Origin: Phaeosaccion multiseriatum
Taxonomy: Eukaryota > Protista > Ochrophyta, other classes
Assembly: GCA_965112735.1 (NCBI GenBank)
Contig: OZ218951.1
Location: 4,092,001 to 4,156,000 of the forward strand
Length of the DNA: 64,000 nucleotides
Direction: 5' to 3'
Shown here: one piece after another, positions 21,601 through 34,761 of the stretch
How positions within the stretch are numbered: the stretch's first letter is position 1
How the letters are laid out: the number at the start of each line of letters is the position of its first letter
Notes under the pieces: model-generated
What the model saw: only the letters and a program-made list of their open reading frames with translations
The model's database searches: none
Told to the model about the DNA's origin: nothing
Translations under genes and position numbers: made by a program

Positions 21601-24600
21601 AGGTCCAGAATGAGATGCAGACTGACTGACACCTCACACCTCACACCTCACACCTCACACCTCACAGCCCCAGCTCACGTCATCCGCCCACTGCCATCCC
21701 ACCCGACCCGCCCTTCACTTGTGGGCTTGTTTTCAATCCCATCAGTGCCTCGTCGAGTGAGTCAGGCGATTGTAAGCTCCGACCCCGCCATTCAGGGCCT
21801 CCGCCAGCGAGCCGAGGCGGCGGCAGAGTTTGAGCAGGAGAGGCTCGGGGAGAGGGACAAGGCACTCAACAAGTGGGGCGTCAGCACCCCCTCGGTACGG
21901 CACGGAAAGGGGGTGAAAGGAGAGGGAGGGGGGGAGGGGAGAGGAGGGAGGGGACGGGAGGGGAGGGGACGGGAGCGAGGGAGGGAGGGAGGGGGGGGGA
22001 GAGAGGGAGGGAGAGAGAGAGGGAGGGAGAGAGGAGGAAGGAACGAAGTGAAGGAAAGGAAGTGAGGGAGGGAGGAAAAGAGGGGGGGAGGGGAGGGACG
22101 GACGGACGGAAGGAAGAAAGGAAGGAAGGAAGGAGAGAGGAAGTGAGGGAAGGAAGGATGGAAGGAAGGAAGGAAGGAAGGAAGGAAGGAAGGAAGGAAG
22201 GAAGGAAGGAAGAAAGGAGAGAGGAAGTGAGGGAGTGAAGCAAGCAAGCCATCCTCCCTCTCACTCTCCGTCCGTCTTTGACCCTTGCTCCTCTCGTCTC
22301 CTCCCTCCCTCCCCCTGCTTGCCTGCCCCATTCTCTGCCGCATTGCTCTCCTTCTCGCCCTCCCTCTCTGCTCCGCCCCTCTCTCCCTCTCTGTCCCAGG
22401 CCGGTGCCCCTGTGCTCAGCCTGGCGTCTCGCCCCCTCCTCGTGGACGACTTTGCCATCCTTGCTCTCATATTGAAGCAAAACCTGCCCTTCCCCTGTAT
22501 GGACATGACCAGGTCAGGAGTGGGCCACTGGAGAGGGGAGGAGAGAGAGAGAGACAGAGAGAGAGTGGAGGGGGGAGACGGAGAGGGACAGAGGGAGAGA
22601 GGAAAGGAGGGAGAGGGAGTGAGAGAGAGAGAGGGGGGGGGGGGGAAGAGAGAGGGAGGGAGAGAGAGAGAAAAGGCATGGCCAACTACAGCTTAGGGGG
22701 CCACTCGGTGGGGATAGGAGTAGACAGGAGGGGCGGCTTAGTTTCAGTTTCTGCATCAGCTTATCTTTCTCCTGCTCCTCCCTCCTCCTCCTCCTCCTCC
22801 TCCGCCTCGTCCTCCTCCTCCTCTTTCTCCTCCTCCCCCCCCCCTCCTCCTCCTCCTCCTCCTCCACAGATGCTTCCTGAAGGACGCCAACTTCTTTACC
22901 CTGATGAACGCCATGTCCTTCAGTTCCTCTCTGCATACCCTCATCCTTGATCGCTCCGGAGTGTCCAACAGTGCGGTCAACTCTCTGGCCGAGATGCTCA
23001 CTCTCAACAAGTCGCTCACCTCCGTCTCCCTCCGGGTATGTGTGTACGTGTCATCTTCCGCAACGAGTCGAATCATCTCCCTCTCCCTCTCTCCATCTAT
23101 CTCTCGCTCTCTCCCTCTCTTCCTCTCGCTCTCGCTCTCATTCCCTCTCTCTTCTCTCACTCTCTTCCTCTATCTCCCATCCCTTTCTCGGTCTCTCGGT
23201 CTCTCTCTCTCTCTCTCTCTCTCTCCCTCTTCCTCCCTCTCTCTCTGCCTCTCTCTTTGCTGCCGGCCTTGCCCCCCTTCACACTGTGCGCACTGCCTTC
23301 TACACACTGTCCGCTCCCTCCTTGTGCATCGGTCGGCCTTCTCTCCTCCTCCTACTTGACGCTTCATGCCCCCCCCCCCCCCCCCGCCCCTTGCCCCTTC
23401 TGCAGGATTGCAAGGACCTCACGAGGGAGACTTGGGACGATCTCTTGGAGGTAATTGGGGTACTAATTGGGGTACCATTCGACGGGATGGATACCCACAC
23501 TAGTCCACATGGAGGGAGGAAACATGTGACGGTCAGGCGGTCAGCCACAGCGGGAGGGACGTCTCTTTGCTCTCTCTTGGCCCTTTTGCCTCCCCGTACC
23601 CCCCCCCCGTCATCCTCGTCCTTCTTGTTCTTCAGAACAGTCCTGACGCTCGCTCCTACCATCTTGGTGTGGCTGCTTCTTCCTTCCCTCCCCTCCTCTC
23701 CTCCCTCCTCCTCCCTCCGTCTCCCCTCCCCCCCCATTCCCCTTCCTCGCTCCTCCTTCCTCCTCCCCCTGGCTCCCCTCCTCTCCCCTTCCCCTTCCTC
23801 TCGCCCCCGCCCTCCTTTCTCCTTCCTCCGCCTCCCCTCCCCTCCCCTCCCCTCCCCTCCCCCTCCCCTCCTTCTACCCTCTCCCTCCTCTCCAACCCCT
23901 CCTCCTCTCTCCGCCTCCCCTCCCCTCCGCTCCCCCTCCCCTCCGCTCCCCCTCCCCTCCCTCTACCCTTCCCCTCCTCCTCCCCAGGCCATCCAAGAAG
24001 GCGGCGGGCGTGTCAAGAAGCTCAACGGTCTCTCCATCAAGAAGCTTCGCACGTCCACCTCCCCTCTGCTCTCTCTCGAAGGGCAAGGTGTGGCCTACAC
24101 TGAGGCTCTCATCTTGTCCCATTGCCTCAAGGCAAGATCTAAGCAAGGCCTCAAGGTGAGGAAGGAGGGAGGAAGGAAGGAAGGAAGGAAGGAAGGAAGG
24201 AAGGAAGGAAGGAAGGAAGAAAGGAAGGGAGGGGGGGACGGACGGACGGAGGGAGTGGGAGGGCGGGTGAGTGGTTAAGTGTGTGAGTGAGTACTCCGAA
24301 TGTTCTGTGCTTGCAGAGCCCTGCTAAATTCTGTCTCTCTCTCTCTCCCGGTCTCTCCCTCCTCTCTCTCTACCTCCCTCTCCCTCTACATTCTCTCTCC
24401 CTCCCTCCCCGTCTTGATTGGATGTACAGGAAGTCAACCTGTCCCACAACAAGCTATGCACCGCCTCCTTCTACGTGCTGCTGGAAGGCCTGCAGGAATT
24501 CGACTCGATCTGTAGTATCGACCTTAGCCACAACCGCCTTGACGAGTTGGTGCTACAGCCTCTCCTCGGCACGCTCGTGTCTCGCAACAAGGGCTGCACC

Positions 24601-25636
24601 ATGGTCACGCTCGGCAACAACTTCATCCAGGCAAGGGCCAGCGAGTCACATGTTGCTTACTGACTCGGCACAGGGAAGCAAGCGTGTTGGTGATACTTTG
24701 TGATGCGTTGTTTTGCGTCTGCTGCTGCCATCTACTGCCCTCGTAACCCGTCTCTGAACTGAAAACTGAACCTCAACAGGCAAGTGAGTATGAGCCATGC
24801 GGCATGGGCCTCCTTCTCCTCCTGAGCAGCCCCTCCCTGCTACACCTCACCAAGCTGGAGGGGCTGGTGGAGGAGGAGGGGGAGGAGGAGGAAGAGAAGG
24901 AGAAGAAGATGGGAGAGGGCAAGGGCAAGACTAAGAGCAAGGACAACAGCACCAGCAACAGCAACAGCAGGAGCAACACCAACAGGCTCTCCCCCGGCCT
25001 GGCGAGGCAGGCGAGGGAGAAACTTGCCGTGAATAGGGCTGTCAAGGGAGGGACGAGGGAGTTTCTGGACTGTATCGACGACAAGATTAAGCCGGCGGAG
25101 GTGCAGATTGCCGCCCCTGCAAGGAACGATCCGAAGGTGCGTAAGCGTAGTGTGAAGATTACGTAACCGTTTAGAGAGAGAGAGAGAGAGCAGTTGATGT
25201 TACATAGAGTGCACCTACTGATCGCCTCATAAGGAAAGAAGATGAGCAGAGCTGCCGACTGCGACCACCTTGCCTGGGATGCTCCCTGCTTCCTTTAGCC
25301 CCTCTTGTTGAGGAAGAGGGAGGATGGTGAATTCGTGAATGGAAGGAGTCCGCTCATCTCTCACAATGCGAGTGAGAGGACGACTCTCGCCTCTCTTACG
25401 CCCCCCCCCACCCTCGCGCGTTGCACCGCCGCGTACATACACATTCACAGGTGCTCTTCCACGTGGATCCCCACTTTGTGCAGCAGGAGCACCTGCAGAT
25501 CGAGGCCGGGGAGCTAGTCCTGGCGGGCAGTGAAGGGGAGCAAGCATCCTCGGGCAAGAGGGGCTCAGGCTGGGCGGTGGACAACTTCTATCGGAGGAGG
25601 GCCAAGCCCGGCACCAGCGGCGGCAGTGACCAATGA
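18684..25636 (+). CDS. EH-domain (Eps15-homology) protein with C-terminal RNI-like leucine-rich repeats, multi-exon
   Basis: KYSE|VFARLDTDNSGFISGSEAVVLFKKSALPRDKLAAIWALADQDKDGK|LSREEFRIAMHLI is a classic EH domain; later exons LHTLILDRSGV..LAEMLTLNKSLTSVSL and EVNLSHNKL...SIDLSHNRL...VTLGNNFI are LRRs. The join between the two halves is by eye. Confidence 0.75.
20720..21130. repeat. Intronic (CCATC)n / CCACTGCCATC(C/T)CATC tandem repeat
   Basis: About 17 copies of cactgccatc interleaved with ccatc units. Confidence 0.95.
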
Positions 25637-25777
25637 GCAGAAGGGAACGTTGTTGATACAGTAAATCATGTCAGAATATAACGTCCATCAATCCACCAAC
25701 CAGGTGCCAGCAATTATCTATTAATGTGAGCGAGTGTGTGTCTGGGAGTAAGTGTGTGAGTGGAGTGTGTGTGTGTG

Positions 25778-26829
25778 TGAGTGAGTGAGTGAGTGTGTGA
25801 GTGTGAGTGAGTGAGTGAGTGAGTGAGTGAGTGAGTGAGTGAGTGAGTGAGTGAGTGAGTGAGTGAGTGAGTGAGTGAGTGAGTGAGTGAGTGAGTGAGT
25901 GAGTGAGTGAGTGAGTGAGTGAGTGAGTGAGTGAGTGAGTGAGTGAGTGAGTGAGTGAGTGAGTGAGTGAGTGAGTGAGTGAGTGAGTGAGTGAGTGAGT
26001 GAGTGAGTGAGTGAGTGAGTGAGTGAGTGAGTGAGTGAGTGAGTGAGTGAGTGAGTGAGTGAGTGAGTGAGTGAGTGAGTGAGTGAGTGAGTGAGTGAGT
26101 GAGTGAGTGAGTGAGTGAGTGAGTGAGTGAGTGAGTGAGTGAGTGAGTGAGTGAGTGAGTGAGTGAGTGAGTGAGTGAGTGAGTGAGTGAGTGAGTGAGT
26201 GAGTGAGTGAGTGAGTGAGTGAGTGAGTGAGTGAGTGAGTGAGTGAGTGAGTGAGTGAGTGAGTGAGTGAGTGAGTGAGTGAGTGAGTGAGTGAGTGAGT
26301 GAGTGAGTGAGTGAGTGAGTGAGTGAGTGAGTGAGTGAGTGAGTGAGTGAGTGAGTGAGTGAGTGAGTGAGTGAGTGAGTGAGTGAGTGAGTGAGTGAGT
26401 GAGTGAGTGAGTGAGTGAGTGAGTGAGTGAGTGAGTGAGTGAGTGAGTGAGTGAGTGAGTGAGTGAGTGAGTGAGTGAGTGAGTGAGTGAGTGAGTGAGT
26501 GAGTGAGTGAGTGAGTGAGTGAGTGAGTGAGTGAGTGAGTGAGTGAGTGAGTGAGTGAGTGAGTGAGTGAGTGAGTGAGTGAGTGAGTGAGTGAGTGAGT
26601 GAGTGAGTGAGTGAGTGAGTGAGTGAGTGAGTGAGTGAGTGAGTGAGTGAGTGAGTGAGTGAGTGAGTGAGTGAGTGAGTGAGTGAGTGAGTGAGTGAGT
26701 GAGTGAGTGAGTGAGTGAGTGAGTGAGTGAGTGAGTGAGTGAGTGAGTGAGTGAGTGAGTGAGTGAGTGAGTGAGTGAGTGAGTGAGTGAGTGAGTGAGT
26801 GAGTGAGTGAGTGAGTGAGTGAGTGAGTG
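25778..26829. repeat. ~1.05-kb essentially perfect (GAGT)n microsatellite
   Basis: Directly visible; the THSL-repeat ORF is its translation. Confidence 0.99.
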
Positions 26830-27800
26830 AGAACAGCGTGAGGTGCAGTGAGAGGGCAGGTGCACGTCGGAGTGTGGCAAGAAGGAGAAGGAGATGGAAG
26901 AAGCTGCTGCTGCTGCTTTCCTTCAGGAAGAGGAGGAGTCAGCGGTTCCCGTCAGGAGGCTTTCGGCCCAGCAGACAAGTAGCCGCGATGGAGGAAAAGA
27001 CGGGATGTGCAGGGAAAGGTGCCTTTGGGGGGAAGCTGGAAGCAATGCCAATACCTCCCTCCTTCTCCTGTCATGTTACCATGCCAGTATGGGCAAGGTG
27101 GGTGGGTCGGGGTGTGGGGAGTGGGTGAGTGGGTAGGTTGGGGTGTGGGGGTGTGGCGGGTGGGTGGGTGAGTGAGTGGGTAGGTGGGTGGGTGGGGGTG
27201 TGGGGGTGGGTGAGTGAGTGGGTACGTGTGTAGGTGGGTGCGTGAGTGAGTGCGTGCAGTAGGTCTGTGTGATAGCTTCAGGGGGGAGGGAGGGAGGGTG
27301 TGGCAGCCAGGACAGCGCTCCGGCGGGTGATAGACGGGTGGGGTGCAAACGAACTGTCTTGCCTGGAAACAGAGCGGCTGTCCATTTTGGGAAGGGCGGG
27401 AAGCGGAACACTCGCAGACCACGCGGGTAGAAAATGAAGACAAGTTTTGGCACTCCAGCAGCAGCACAGGGAAGAGAGAGGATGGCGGACTGAGTGAGAC
27501 ATGTGGAAGAACGAAGATGTGTTGCGGGTAATGCAGGAAGCACACCAAAGGGGGCTGGCTGCTTTTCTTTCCTGGGAAAATAAAAAAAAGTTCTGTTTCG
27601 GCACAGTATGGCTGAGGGAAAGTGATGCGCCGCTGTTGAGTGGCAAGCAAGAGGGTTGGGTGCCCATGGAGAGAGTGAGGGCGGGGGGGGGAGGGGTGCG
27701 TGACTCTCGTCGAATGGGTGTGTGTGGGGAAACAACAGTGAAGGGTTCGCCAAGGGGAATCACGGTGCACGGAGGCATGTCGCATCTCTTTCAAAAGGGT

Positions 27801-27816
27801 GGTGTTGAGAAACACC
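27801..27816 (-). promoter_or_regulatory. Orphan histone-type 3' stem-loop (GGTGTT-TCTC-AACACC-ACCC, then TTTTGAAAGAGAT)
   Basis: Same stem and flanks as the H4 and H3 3' elements; no histone CDS is recognisable upstream on -. Confidence 0.8.
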
Positions 27817-28099
27817 AGTGTTATTGTTTTGTGTTGACGCACTTGACGCTCACAAAGAAAGCCGGGTCCCTCAGTCAATCACATCCCAGGAGCGAAGCAG
27901 CAGCAGCTAAGTATACATGTAGTCCTCTTTGGCAACCGATACCCCGCTCCAGGCGCGCAGTCGGGGGATTTGCGCCCAAGAGGGGGAGCCCTTCTTCACT
28001 GCCATAAATAAATCTCTGTGTGTGGTATGTTTGAAATCACAACCCCTTGCGATCACGAGCTTGAACGAGCACACAAGTTGGCATAGAGCAGCGCATACA

Positions 28100-29972
28100 A
28101 TGAACAGACGGGAGGGAGCACGATCAGGGGAGGCACAAGATGCGGAGGGGGCGCGACGTCTGAGCAAGGCTGTCGCGCACGACGAGGGAGGAGATGGAGG
28201 ACATGACAATCGGGGGGAGGAGACGCGGCTAATCGACGACGATGTAGCGGAGATGGACCCAGCCAGGAGGGCCATGTTCGGTATGACCGTCATGGTGGGG
28301 CTCAAGCCCGGCGTATGGTGGGCTGGAGTCGTGTGCGATCCTCGCTTCGCTCCTCATCCGGTCATGGTCACGGCCCAAAAATGCCTCCCCCGAGCACAAG
28401 ACCTGGTCTTCCTCTTCGGCGTCAAGTACCCATTTGATATGGCGCCGTGCTGGTGAGCGAGGTCTAGTAGGGCATCAAGCAATCTGTCCATCCCATCCGG
28501 CCTAACGAACAAGCAACGCGTCCCAATCAGGTCCATCAAGCCCTTCGATGGCGATGTGGATGTTCTTCCCGCCGCGATGCTCGAGGGCAGCGATGCCCAG
28601 GGCTGGATGGAAGGCATGAAGCAAGCCAAGAGGTATGCCTCCCTATCTGAGCACCAGAGGATGCGGTGGATAAGAAAGGGCGGCAGGAGGAGAGGGGGAA
28701 TCGGAGGAGAGGTGCGTTCGCTGCCCGCCGCAAATTCTCTGCTTTGTAAGTACCTCACTCTCCACTCTCTGTCCCCGCCCCGCAGTCAGCACACAATCGC
28801 ATGCACCAATTCTACCGGAACCTCGACCAAGACCGGTCCGCGGCGCCGCTGGTGAGACCGAAGGCACAGCGTCCCGAACATGGCGCCCCTGTGACGCCGC
28901 TCGTGACGGCGCTCGACATGGCTGAGGAGGAGGAGGTTGGCGAGGTCCGTAAGGCAGCGGCGCACCTGCCCTGCATGTTAGACAAAGCAGCAGGGGCAAG
29001 AGCAAGAGAGACACCGGCCAAAAGCATGGTGAGTAAGTAAATGGGGGGTTGCTTAAAGAGTTGGTGTTTCCTTCTTCTTTCGCTTGCTTCTGGCTGTGAG
29101 ATGCATACTCACATGGCTACCACCCCCATTGCCGTCGATTGCGTACATACCGCAGCAGCAACCCCCCGAGGGGTTCTTCGTCTATGTGGAGCTGCACGCC
29201 GATGACCAAGGAAGGGAAGGCCCTTGCGTCCCTTCCTGGGCCGAGTGGCCGGAGCTCGACAGCGACAGCAGCGAGGAGGCCGCCGGCACCGCTGCCCCCT
29301 CGCCACCCGGCATCATCAGTGCCAATAGCAGCGGCGACGAGGCCGACAGCGCGCGAGCACCTCCACCCCCCCGAGCCGAAGCCAATCCAGCACGAGACGG
29401 AGCAGCGGCTGTAGCCACAGCGACCCCACCGCCGACAGCAGCATTGACAGCACCACCCGCACCAGCCCCTCAAGCAGCAGCGACACCCTGTGAGTCGGGC
29501 AGCGGCATCGGAGCAGCTCCGTCACCAGAGGAAAGCGGCACGGGCAGCATCGGAGCGGCGACAGCTCCATCCGCAGCACCTTGCGACTCCTCCAGCGGGG
29601 CGGCTGCAGCGTCAGGAGACCAGCACTACGGTGGCGACAGCAGCGACGACAGCGACGACGACAGCGGCGACGACAAGGCGCCCTCGGGAGCAGGGGGCGG
29701 GCCTTCGATGCGCCGCACCTCCTGGGCTGCATGCGAGAGGAAGCGCAAGCCAGCAGGGCAGGAGAGAGCCCCCGCCACTGCCACCCCGCCAAAAGCGCCT
29801 GTGGAGGTTCAGCAGCTTTTCGAAGGGCGGCAGGTCCTGGCCAACCCCCGCCCTGGCCCGGGGAGCCCACTGCCGCGTAGTCGCCCTGATGAGCAGACAC
29901 TGCACCCCCTCTTGGATCGCTTCTGCGCGCTAAAGGTAGGTTTGCGACACTTGCGTGTGGGCAGCTGACTCA

Positions 29973-30003
<31 letters not shown>

Positions 30004-31364
30004 GCCACACGGCCGGTCGCCTCCTTTGTGTCCCCACCAAATACTTAACACAAAGTCATGTTCCTCTGCCTTGCTTGCTTGTTCAGGCCCTTAAGGATCC
30101 CAACGCCATGGCCACTCTGCTGCCCATAGTGTCCATGAACACTCTCCTCCACTGGTGCGACGACCTGTCGCCGGGGAAGCTGGACATGCTGTGGAATTTG
30201 CGCCGCCCGGACGAAGGCAAGGCCTTGGCCCCCGAGCAAGTCGTAGGACTCGGTTGCGAGGACGTTCCTCAGGATACGAGCGTCGTCTATTTCGCCTGGC
30301 CATCCGTGGAGCAGGGGGATCGGGACAAGACTCCGGAGAAGGTTCTCGCACTGCTGGGGAAAAATGTGCCTGGGATGGACAAGTATGACACCGTGGGCGA
30401 GGCGGTGCTCAAGCTCATCGACTCCTTCGAGCCAGAGAATGGAGGACGCATGACGGGAGGAGGCAAGGTGGGCACCACCAGGCACCATGGCGGCCGTTTT
30501 GGAGTGTACAACACGAGCGGCCCGCTGCAGCACCTGCTCCTACTCGCCAAGAAGCTGGGCCTCGCCGACTACTTCACCCTCTATTACGTCGTCCTCTTCC
30601 ACGCTGTCGAGCTGTACTCCCCCTACCGCGACACGTCCTCGGACGAAGAAGCCACCAAGCGCAAGGACAACCAAATGGTCTACCTCGAGGCCATCGAGAC
30701 CACCTGCGCCGCCATCATCGGCCTCCAGTGGCTCCCCGCCTTTGCGCGCTTCGGCCGCTTCAGTGGAGGGGGATCATGCAACAACAACGACACCCCCCCC
30801 TTCACCATCAAGGCTCAACACCTGAGCCGCCGCAGCAGCAGCAGCAGCAGCAGCGGCGGTGGTGGTAGCAGCAGCAGCGGCGGCGGTGGTGGTGGTAGCA
30901 GCAGCAGTAGCAGCAGCAGCAGCGGCGGTGGTGGTAGCAGCAGCAGCAGCAGCAGCAGCGGTGGTGGTGGTAGCAGCAGCAGCGGTGGGGTGACGAAGAA
31001 GAGGAAGCTGTGCAGCGTAGCAGGCTGCGACAAACGAGCGAGAAAAGGCGGCCTTTGCGATGAGCACGGGGGCCAGAGGAAGAGGAAGCTGTGCAACCAC
31101 GGCGGAGGAGGCCGCTGCCCCAACCTGGCCGTCAAGGATGGCGTGTGTGTGCAGCATGGCGCCACTTTAAAGCGGTGTAGGGTGGACCACTGCGACAAGT
31201 CTGCCAAGAAGGACGGTCTGTGCATTCGCCACGGGGCCTCTGTGAAGCGGTGCAGCGTACAAGACTGCGAGAAGTTCGCCCAGCAGGGCGGAGTGTGCCG
31301 CAGGCATAGCAGCAGCAGAGAGGAGGGACCTCCGCCAAAGAAGCAGAAGCGCGCTCCTGGCTAG
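28100..31364 (+). CDS. PWWP-like domain + putative GIY-YIG/T5orf172-like domain + four Cys3His (WRKY19-like) zinc-finger repeats
   Basis: VMVGLKPGVWWAGVVCDP...VFLFG...W|SIKPF (PWWP-like); VVYF...GKVGTT....RFGVYNTSGP...LEAIE...CNN; CSVAGCDKRARKGGLCDEHG-type repeats x4. About 5 exons; the exon 2/3 junction (~28632/28786) does not keep frame by eye. Confidence 0.65.
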
Positions 31365-31409
31365 GCTGAGAGGGGCATGGCAGGCAGTCTTGGTGACGGG
31401 CTCGGGGTA

Positions 31410-33119
31410 GCAAGTTGTGAGTGAAGGCGGTAGTGAGTGGGTTCGTGGGGCATGGGTGCGTGGCTGCGTGGGTGAGTGGATGCGTAAGCGCGGATGGGTG
31501 CGGGGGTGGGTGTGTGGGCGGGTGTGGGGGTGGGTGAGTGAGTGAGTGAGCGGGTAGGTGGGTTGGGGTTTGGTTACGTGGGTGTGTGGCTGGGTGGGTG
31601 TGGGGGTGGGTGAGTGAGTGAGTGGGTGGGTGGGTGGGTGGGTTCGTATGTGCGTAGGTGGGTGTGTGGGTGGGTGTGGGGGTGGGTGAGTGAGTGAGTG
31701 GGTGGGTGGGTGTGTGAGTGGGTGGGTGGGTGGGTGGGTGGGTGGGTGGGTGGGTGGGGGTGTGGGTACGTGGGTACGTGGGTGCGTGGGTGCGTGGGTG
31801 AGTGGACGCGTAAACGCGGGTGGGTGAGTGGGTGGGTGTGCGGGTGGATGGGTTGGGGTTTGGGTACGTAGGTTGGTGCGTGTGTGGGGGGTGTGGAGGT
31901 GGAGGTGTACGATTGTATGGACAGGATAATATCGATATTTGGTATGGAGGAGGTCTACTTCGGTCTAATTCGGGATGGTGGGCGGGAGGGTATCGGGTCC
32001 GTGACAAGGCCATGTGTTAGAAGTCGAGCTTTTGCTAAGCTGATACCTACCCTCTGAATTCAGACACGTGTATGGGAGGCAAAAGGGATAAGAGCAAGGG
32101 CATAGAGGACAGTGCGACAAGGACAAGGACATCATCAAGGGAGTGGTATTGGACAATAGCAACGTCAATTAATTACATATCAACTCTTATGCACATCGTA
32201 GAGAACTTGGAGTGAGCGGTAGGCCACTACGTGACTACTGAGAGTGGTTCCGGGAAGGGTCGTCTCTGCCCTTGGCTCGGAGACTAACAGGGGGGGGTGG
32301 ATGGGTGGGTGGGGGTGTGGGTACATGGGTGGCTGGGTGCGTGGGTGGGTGTGTGGGTTGGTGGGTGGGTTCGTACGTGCGTGGGTGTGCGTGTGGTGGG
32401 GGGTGTGGGGGTGGGTGAGTGAGTGAGTGTGTGGGTGGGTGAGTGAGTGGGTAGGTGGGTGGGTGGGTTCGTGCGTGCGTAGGTGGGTGTGTGTGTGGGT
32501 GTGGGGGTGGGTGAGTGAGTGAGTCGGTAGGTGGGTGGGTGGGGATGTGGGTACGTGGGTGGGTGCGTGCGTGGATGGGTGGGTGCGTGCGTGGGTGGGC
32601 GAATGCGTGGGTAGGTGGGTGGGTGGGGGTGTGGGTACGTGGGTGGTGTGCGTGGATGGGTGGGTGCGTGCGTGGGTGGGCGAATGCGTGCGTGGGTGTG
32701 TGGGTGGGTGTGGGGGTGAGTGAGTGAGTGAGTGAGTGAGTGAGTGAGTGAGTGAGTGGGTGAGTGAGTGAGTGAGTGAGTGAGTGGGTGAGTGAGTGAG
32801 TGAGTGAGTGAGTGAGTGAGTGAGTGAGTGAGTGAGTGAGTGACTGAGTGAGTGAGTGAGTGAGTGAGTGAGTGGGTGAGTGAGTGGGGGCGTGGGTACG
32901 TGGGTGGTGTGCGTGGATGGGTGGGTGCGTGCGTGGGTGGGCGAATGCGTGGGTGGGTGGGTGCGTGCGTGGGTGGGCGAATGCGTGGGTGTGTGGGTGG
33001 GTGAGTGAGTGAGTGTGTAGGTGGGCGTGGGGGTGGGTGAGTGAGGGTGTGGGTGCGTGGGTGGGTGGGTGCGTGGGTGCGTGGGTGCGTGCGTGAGTGC
33101 GTGAGGGAGTGAGGGAGGG

Positions 33120-33125
<6 letters not shown>
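31410..33125. repeat. GGGT/GAGT/GCGT-rich satellite (copy 1), interrupted by unique sequence at ~31905-32290
   Basis: Visible; its left edge is homologous to 36385-36480. Confidence 0.9.
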
Positions 33126-34715
<1,590 letters not shown>

Positions 34716-34761
34716 GTGTCGGGCACCATGTCCACTAGCAATCGGATGTGCTTTACTCACC

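Noticed and set aside
25778-26829. (GAGT)n as a telomere or CRISPR-like array
   Set aside because: Internal, 4-bp unit, no spacers, and unlike TTAGGG/TTTAGGG-type telomere repeats.
25714-26880. 388-aa THSL-repeat ORF (and similar ORFs at 31132-33284, 36363-38510, 13176-14168, 20611-21332)
   Set aside because: Translations of stop-free microsatellites or minisatellites; no coding signal.
27907-28305. Minus-strand ORF ending ..KEDYMYT as an H2A/H2A.X remnant feeding the orphan stem-loop
   Set aside because: No histone-fold similarity; it is largely antisense to the PWWP exon.
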